The position numbers and the translations under genes are program-made. Positions 35,641-40,751 of a stretch of 40,751 nt of DNA are shown here, in pieces. The DNA comes from Macrostomum lignano. Its lineage: Eukaryota. Within the stretch, counting starts at the first letter, position 1, and every line of letters begins with the position of its first letter. The notes beneath the pieces were generated by a model. It did no database searches, was not told the DNA's origin, and saw only the letters and a list, made by a program, of their open reading frames with translations. The stretch lies in contig NIVC01004605.1 in NCBI GenBank assembly GCA_002269645.1, positions 1 to 40,751 of the forward strand, written 5' to 3'.

Positions 35641-35912
35641 GGGGGGGGTTATGGCCGGTTGGTTAGAGCGTCGGACTCAAGACTGAAAGGTCAGGGGGTT
35701 CGATTCTCGACCTACTTGGAATAGTTTGTGCCCTTGAGCAAAACACTTTAAAGTAAAGTATATTGCTTCAGTTCACCCAGCTATAAAATGGGTGCCAGCA
35801 TTAGCTGGGGTAATTGAGAGTGAGTGTGGCCGACCCCCAGTCCTTGGACTGAACAGCCGTACGCAGCCTTCAGATGCGCCGCGCAATAGCTGCGGCTGAG
35901 CTGTCGGTTGCA
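35641..35912 (+). mobile_element. tRNA-derived SINE family A (CORE-like), second copy
   Basis: TGGCCGGTTGGTTAGAGCG...GGTTCGATTC head; TGTGCCCTTGAGCAAAACACT...GCTTCAGTTCACCCAGCTATAAAATGGG CORE-like domain; tail shared with 17493-17743. Confidence 0.85.
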
Positions 35913-36667
35913 CATCTGGCCCAATTGGGGCATGTGTGATCAAATATTAATTATTAAATTTCAGTCAAATAGAATAGTAAATATATAGAAAATTACCTTA
36001 ACGTACTGTTTTGAGCGATTGAGGTGATAATTTCAAGGTTTTTAGTTTTTAATTTTTAGTATATGGACTAGCTAGTAGAGAATTCAACCGTAGGATTCAG
36101 CAAGGTAAAGGTAGCAATAAATTTCAGAGGGGGGCAAGGCTGAGAAAGTAGAGTGGGTGAAAAAAAATTGTCGCGTTATAGCTACACCGAAAAAATAAGA
36201 GTGTTCACTATTTAATTTATAATTGTACAAGCTATTCGTGAATAGCCGCTTTGAAGTAATGAGCATTTCTTTAACTGTTACTGCTGCCAAAAGAACAATA
36301 CAGGAATGTACATGTACATTGTACGTGCATTTCTCGCTAAACTGAAGTTCTCTTTTAGTGTGTACACGGTGCTTACAAAAGCAGCCAACCGATTCGTGCC
36401 GTTCAACAAAACCAAAGTGCGAGCGTACTATAATTCCCTTTCTAAATACTGGAAAAGCGCTAGGGCTGAAATTATATTTTTTTCAGTTAAATTTTCTAAG
36501 AATAGCACTGCTGCTGCGCCTTTGTTGACTCCAAAGACTACTGCGTTTTTAGGAAGCAGGTTTTACCAAAAAAAATACGAGCGTTCGCATTGCGAGTCTA
36601 CGAAGGATGTCTCAAAAGTCGGTGGCACATTCTTCACACAGCCTTTTCTAACCGCGATCAGAAATAT

Positions 36668-37467
36668 TTAGTGTGTACTCGTAGCAGTTGAAGAGATTAC
36701 CTGCCCGTTAAAATGACTTTCTATTTATTTCTGTATCTGCTGGCATTCTTGAGATGTGGGCATTTTTCTGCCCCACCCCCTGTGCTACTGCTACAAATTG
36801 CCATAAACCAAAGCTTTGTACCTGATGCACGGAACAACAAAACATCCGTCCGCAACTCTAAAGCTGAAGAAAGAACAGTCAAAGTTAATCATCAACGTTT
36901 GTCCAAAGGCTAATTATCCACATAGTCACTACTGTGCTGCACAACAACAAAATACGCTGTCAGGATGGCAAAAGTCAGCGTCACAGGGCGCGCTTCATGG
37001 CTTGGGCGCGAACAAAGGCCGCGCCACCGGCAGTGTCCGGGGCGCCGGCGTCAGCCAGCAGACAGTCGACATAACGCCGAGTTCGCGCTTGACCTCGCCG
37101 GTAGGGTGCCTGCAGCGTGAGCAGCAGCACCTCCTGCACCGGCTGTGGGCAGTACGACTCGGCGCGGATGAGATGGCCTGCGAGCTGGAGTCGCCGACGG
37201 CGCAGTAGATCGCTTGGACGTGGCAGGCCAGCGCGGCGATAGAGTGCCGCGTTGGTGACTCGCTCGACGCCGATGTTGAAGGCGGCGCGCAGCAGGCCAG
37301 CGTGCGCCGCATCGACTTGCTGTTCGAGTGAGTCCGTCAGCGTCCAGGTCTCGGCGTTGTACAGCACACATTTCAGCATCGTATCTCAAGAATGCCAGCA
37401 GATATAGAAATAAATAGAAAGTCATTTTAACAGGCAGATAATTCTCTTTTCAACTGCTTCACACTAA
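36668..37467. repeat. ~85-bp inverted duplication bracketing the LINE fragment
   Basis: 36683-36755 (AGCAGTTGAA...TTAAAATGACTTTCTATTTATTTCTGTATCTGCTGGCATTCTTGAGAT) recurs inverted at 37383-37467. Confidence 0.85.
36940..37380 (-). mobile_element. 5'-truncated non-LTR retrotransposon (RTE-like clade), C-terminal ORF2 fragment + short 3' UTR
   Basis: VLYNAETWTLT, RRRLQLAGHLIR and RRGQARTRRYVDCL resemble the post-RT region of RTE-type ORF2; markedly GC-rich; ends in a short (TTG)n tail at ~36940-36950. Confidence 0.82.
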
Positions 37468-38364
37468 CATTAACTAACTAAAACCTGTAACTCAGTAACT
37501 AACCTGTCGAATGTAGATCGACCTTTCTCCTGACATAGCAAATAATGGCTTATAATAATAAATGTACATAGTTAGAGTTAGAGCTCATCTTTATATAGTC
37601 TAGTAGATTGTCAGAATTATAACTCTCTTTGGCTGAATTCTCTCGATTCGGTAATTAAGGGGTCGGCAAACTCACAAAAGCTCGTAGATGATGAATTCAG
37701 CTCATGGCTGAAGGCCAGATGAGAGGAAAGGCATGAGAATACATGTAGATGAGTGATAAGAGAGGAGCTGAAGCAAGAGATGGGATGAGAGAAGAGAAAA
37801 GGAAGAGAAGGGCTGAGAGGAGAGAAGAGTGAGGAGATACTGAGGTAAGTAGAAGAGACACAATTGACAAACATTGAGCCGAGCTATTGCTATTGTGAAG
37901 TTTCCAAGGACCCAAGGGCCAGAGTTTCTAGCCTAAATCATGTACATCCCGCAAGTGCAATGTTGCTTTTGAACTTCTCTTTTTCAAGTGTACAATGAAC
38001 AATGACCAATAACTATGTACAACGCCGGCACTTTTGTTATGCCTTGTGCGAAACCCTTGCAACATTTCTGGTCCAAAAAAGTTACAAAAAGAGAACGAAA
38101 TGTTTTTAGTAGCAACAAAAGATGCCAAATAGGCAACGATTTGTTTTGTTTATTTATTTGTATTGGCGAATAAAGATTAATAATATACAGGGACTGTTGT
38201 ATGTAAATACTAACGAATAAGTAATTTAATTTAATCACGCCATGATTATTATACACAGAACGAAATCACTGTCAGGTCATTTAGAAAGTTTTTATCGCCT
38301 ATTTTTTTGGCTTTGACTGCTCATAATTTTGGCCGTGTTTCACTTTATTCGTTGCAGCTGGGGG

Positions 38365-38621
38365 CGACTAATTTTTTGAGTAAATACTACTGTAATAGGG
38401 CAGATATGCTTTTACACTACTGTCAGTAGTTGTAGCCAGAGAAAATATTCATGATGGGGCTAGATCGTGAATTTGGGACTTCGACTAATTTTTTGAGTAA
38501 ATACTACTGTAATAGGGCAGATATGCTTTTACACTACTGTCAGTAGTTGTAGCCAGAGAAAATATTCATGATGGGGCTAGATCGTGAATTTGGGACTACG
38601 ACTCATTTTTTGAGTAAATAC
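38365..38621. repeat. 117-bp tandem duplication (~2.2 copies)
   Basis: CGACT(A/C)ATTTTTTGAGTAAATAC starts at 38365, 38482 and 38599; the first two copies are nearly identical. Confidence 0.9.
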
Positions 38622-38792
38622 CACATAAACGCAATAACTTCTCCGATGAACTAACTGATAAATTGCCGTATTGATTAAGAACAAGCCAATAAAAATTTGC
38701 AAAAAATAAAAGCCCTTAGACGTTCAAGAAACTTGCACAAAAATGGAAATTAAAAATGCAGCAATGAGTAAATTAAATTTTAGAATTCCAAC

Positions 38793-39656
38793 TCAATCAG
38801 AGAACTCATCCGAGTGATCCATTTGATGCTGATGAGTGCCGGCCGTTCGCGAGTCCAAATTGAGCACGGATCGCATAGCAACCGCGCCTTCGTGAGCTTT
38901 ACGATTTTTGCTGTCCAATCTGATTGCGATCTCGTAGTGCACCAGCGCCTCCTGCTGCTGGCCGCATCGGGAGTGACAGTCGCCAAGCAGGCGGTGCAGC
39001 TCCGCTGTGGTCTCACCAGCTGGCTCCTGCGACAGGTACATACACATTTGGGATAATTGGGATACTTAAGCGCTGGAGTACAGTTACTAGGAAGATTCTG
39101 GAGGGCCTCAACTTTGATTGGGAGATCATTTAGAATACTAACTGCTAGGGAGTATAGAGGTTGGATTATCCTGTGATGGGGAGGATGGATGCTGGATTAT
39201 CCGGTGATGGGGAGGATGGATGCTGGATTATCCGGTGATGGGGAGGATGGATGCTGGATTATCCGGTGATGGGGAGGATGGATGCTGGATTATCCGGTGA
39301 TGGGGAGGATGGATGCTGGATTATCCTGTGATGGGGAGGATGGACGCTGATTATCCTGTGATGGGAGGATTGATGCTGGATTATCCTGTGATGGGGAGGA
39401 TGGATGCTGGATTATCTTCACTGTGATGGGGAGATAGGACATCTACTTACCTGCTCAATCTTCTGCACGAGCAGAGCCTTGGCCTCTGGGTAGCGCTTCT
39501 TCTCCATGTACAACTCAGCCAGCACAGAGACGCACTCAGGCAGGCAGCCGCGACCGTTGAACATGGCGAAGGCGTCGGCGAGGATCTCGATGGCTTTGTC
39601 CTTGTTCTCGTAGGATGTGGCGAGGCCGTAGATGCCCAGAGTTCGAGGGTTTCGGC
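38793..39656 (-). CDS. ANAPC7: Anaphase-promoting complex subunit 7-like TPR protein, last two coding exons (gene continues beyond the window end)
   Basis: Exons 39656-39451 and 39026-38793 joined by a phase-0 GT-AG intron. LAELYMEKKRYPEAKALL and LHRLLGDCHSRCGQQQEALVHYEIAIRLDSKNRKAHEG match, from memory, the C-terminal TPRs of APC7 (LHRILGD...EA...Y..AL.LDP...K..EG). Confidence 0.72.
39163..39433. repeat. 31-bp intronic minisatellite (GGATTATCCGGTGATGGGGAGGATGGATGCT), ~9 copies
   Basis: GGATTATCC recurs at a 31-nt period; lies inside intron 39027-39450. Confidence 0.93.
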
Positions 39657-39724
39657 CTGGCAATCATTTTGGATGTTAAGTTTTTCTTACCTACTGTAAG
39701 TAATTTTAGGTTAAACTTTCCTTG

Positions 39725-40751
39725 AATGGCGATTCTTGATGATGGTTGATTGAGTGGCGATTCTTGATGATGGTTGATTGAGTGGCGATTCTTGATGATG
39801 GTTGGTTGAGTCACTTGAGTGGCGATTCTTGATGATGATTGATTGAGTGGCGATTCTTGATGATGGTTGATTGAGTGGCGATTCTTGATGATGATTGATT
39901 GAGTGGCGATTCTTGATGATGATTGATTGAGTGGCGATTCTTGATGATGGTTGATTGAGTGGCGATTCTTGATGATGATTGATTGAGTGGCGATTCTTGA
40001 TGATGATTGATTGAGTGGCGATTCTTGATGATGGTTGGTTGAGTGGCGATTCTTGATGATGGTTGGTTGAGTGGCGATTCTTGATGATGGTTGATTGAGT
40101 GGCGATTCTTGATGATGGTTGGTTGAGTGGCGATTCTTGATGATGGTTGATTGAGTGGCGATTCTTGATGATGATTGATTGAGTGGCGATTCTTGATGAT
40201 GATTGATTGAGTGGCGATTCTTGATGGTGGTTGATTGAGTGGCGATTCTTGATGATGGTTGATTGAGTGGCGATTCTTGATGATGATTGATTGAGTGGCG
40301 ATTCTTGATGATGATTGATTGAGTGGCGATTCTTGATGTGGTTGATTGAGTGGCGATTCTTGATGATGGTTGATTGAGTGGCGATTCTTGATGATGGTTG
40401 ATTGAGTGGCGATTCTTGATGATGATTGATTGAGTGGCGATTCTTGATGATGATTGATTGAGTGGCGATTCTTGATGGTGGTTGATTGAGTGGCGATTCT
40501 TGATGATGGTTGATTGAGTGGCGATTCTTGATGATGGTTGATTGAGTGGCGATTCTTGATGATGTGATGAGTGGCGATTCTTGATGATGGTTGATTTGAG
40601 TGGCGATTCTTGATGATGATTGATTGAGTGGCGATTCTTGATGATGATTGATTGAGTGGCGATTCTTGATGATGATTGATTCAGTGGCGATTCTTGATGA
40701 TGGTTGATTGAGTGGCGATTCTTGATGATGATTGATTGAGTGGCGATTCTT
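39725..40751. repeat. 28-bp minisatellite (GAGTGGCGATTCTTGATGATGGTTGATT), >=36 copies, runs off the window end
   Basis: Regular 28-nt period with GATGG/GATGA variants; upstream of the 39656 acceptor, so probably intronic. Confidence 0.96.

Noticed and set aside
39725-40751. 28-bp array as CRISPR
   Set aside because: Units are directly adjacent with no spacers; this is a simple minisatellite.

Overview
Repeat-rich, intron-containing animal genomic DNA with GT-AG introns, tRNA-derived SINEs and mini/microsatellites. The overall style suggests a free-living flatworm or similar invertebrate, but that is inference only. The main content is a cluster of three caspase-family genes with an unusual architecture. 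Two tandem 5-exon genes (+; 7388-11607 and 13374-17014) each appear to encode about 1000-aa proteins with four caspase-fold units, of which only the last keeps the His/Cys dyad. A convergent third gene (-; 21480-19811) has one degenerate caspase-like unit fused to an intact-looking caspase. Next come two paralogous secreted WSC + PAN/Apple-like genes (-), then a ~1020-aa protein combining a putative PD-(D/E)xK nuclease fold, a coiled coil, Gly-rich hydrophobic helices and a C-terminal J-domain (-), and finally the 3' exons of an APC7-like TPR gene (-). Mobile DNA includes a DD41D Tc1/mariner element with long TIRs and a TA TSD, a 5'-truncated RTE-like LINE inside an inverted duplication, two SINE families, three MITE-like inverted-repeat elements and a possible solo LTR. 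Gene models were built by hand from splice signals, reading-frame phase and paralog comparison. No database searches were run.
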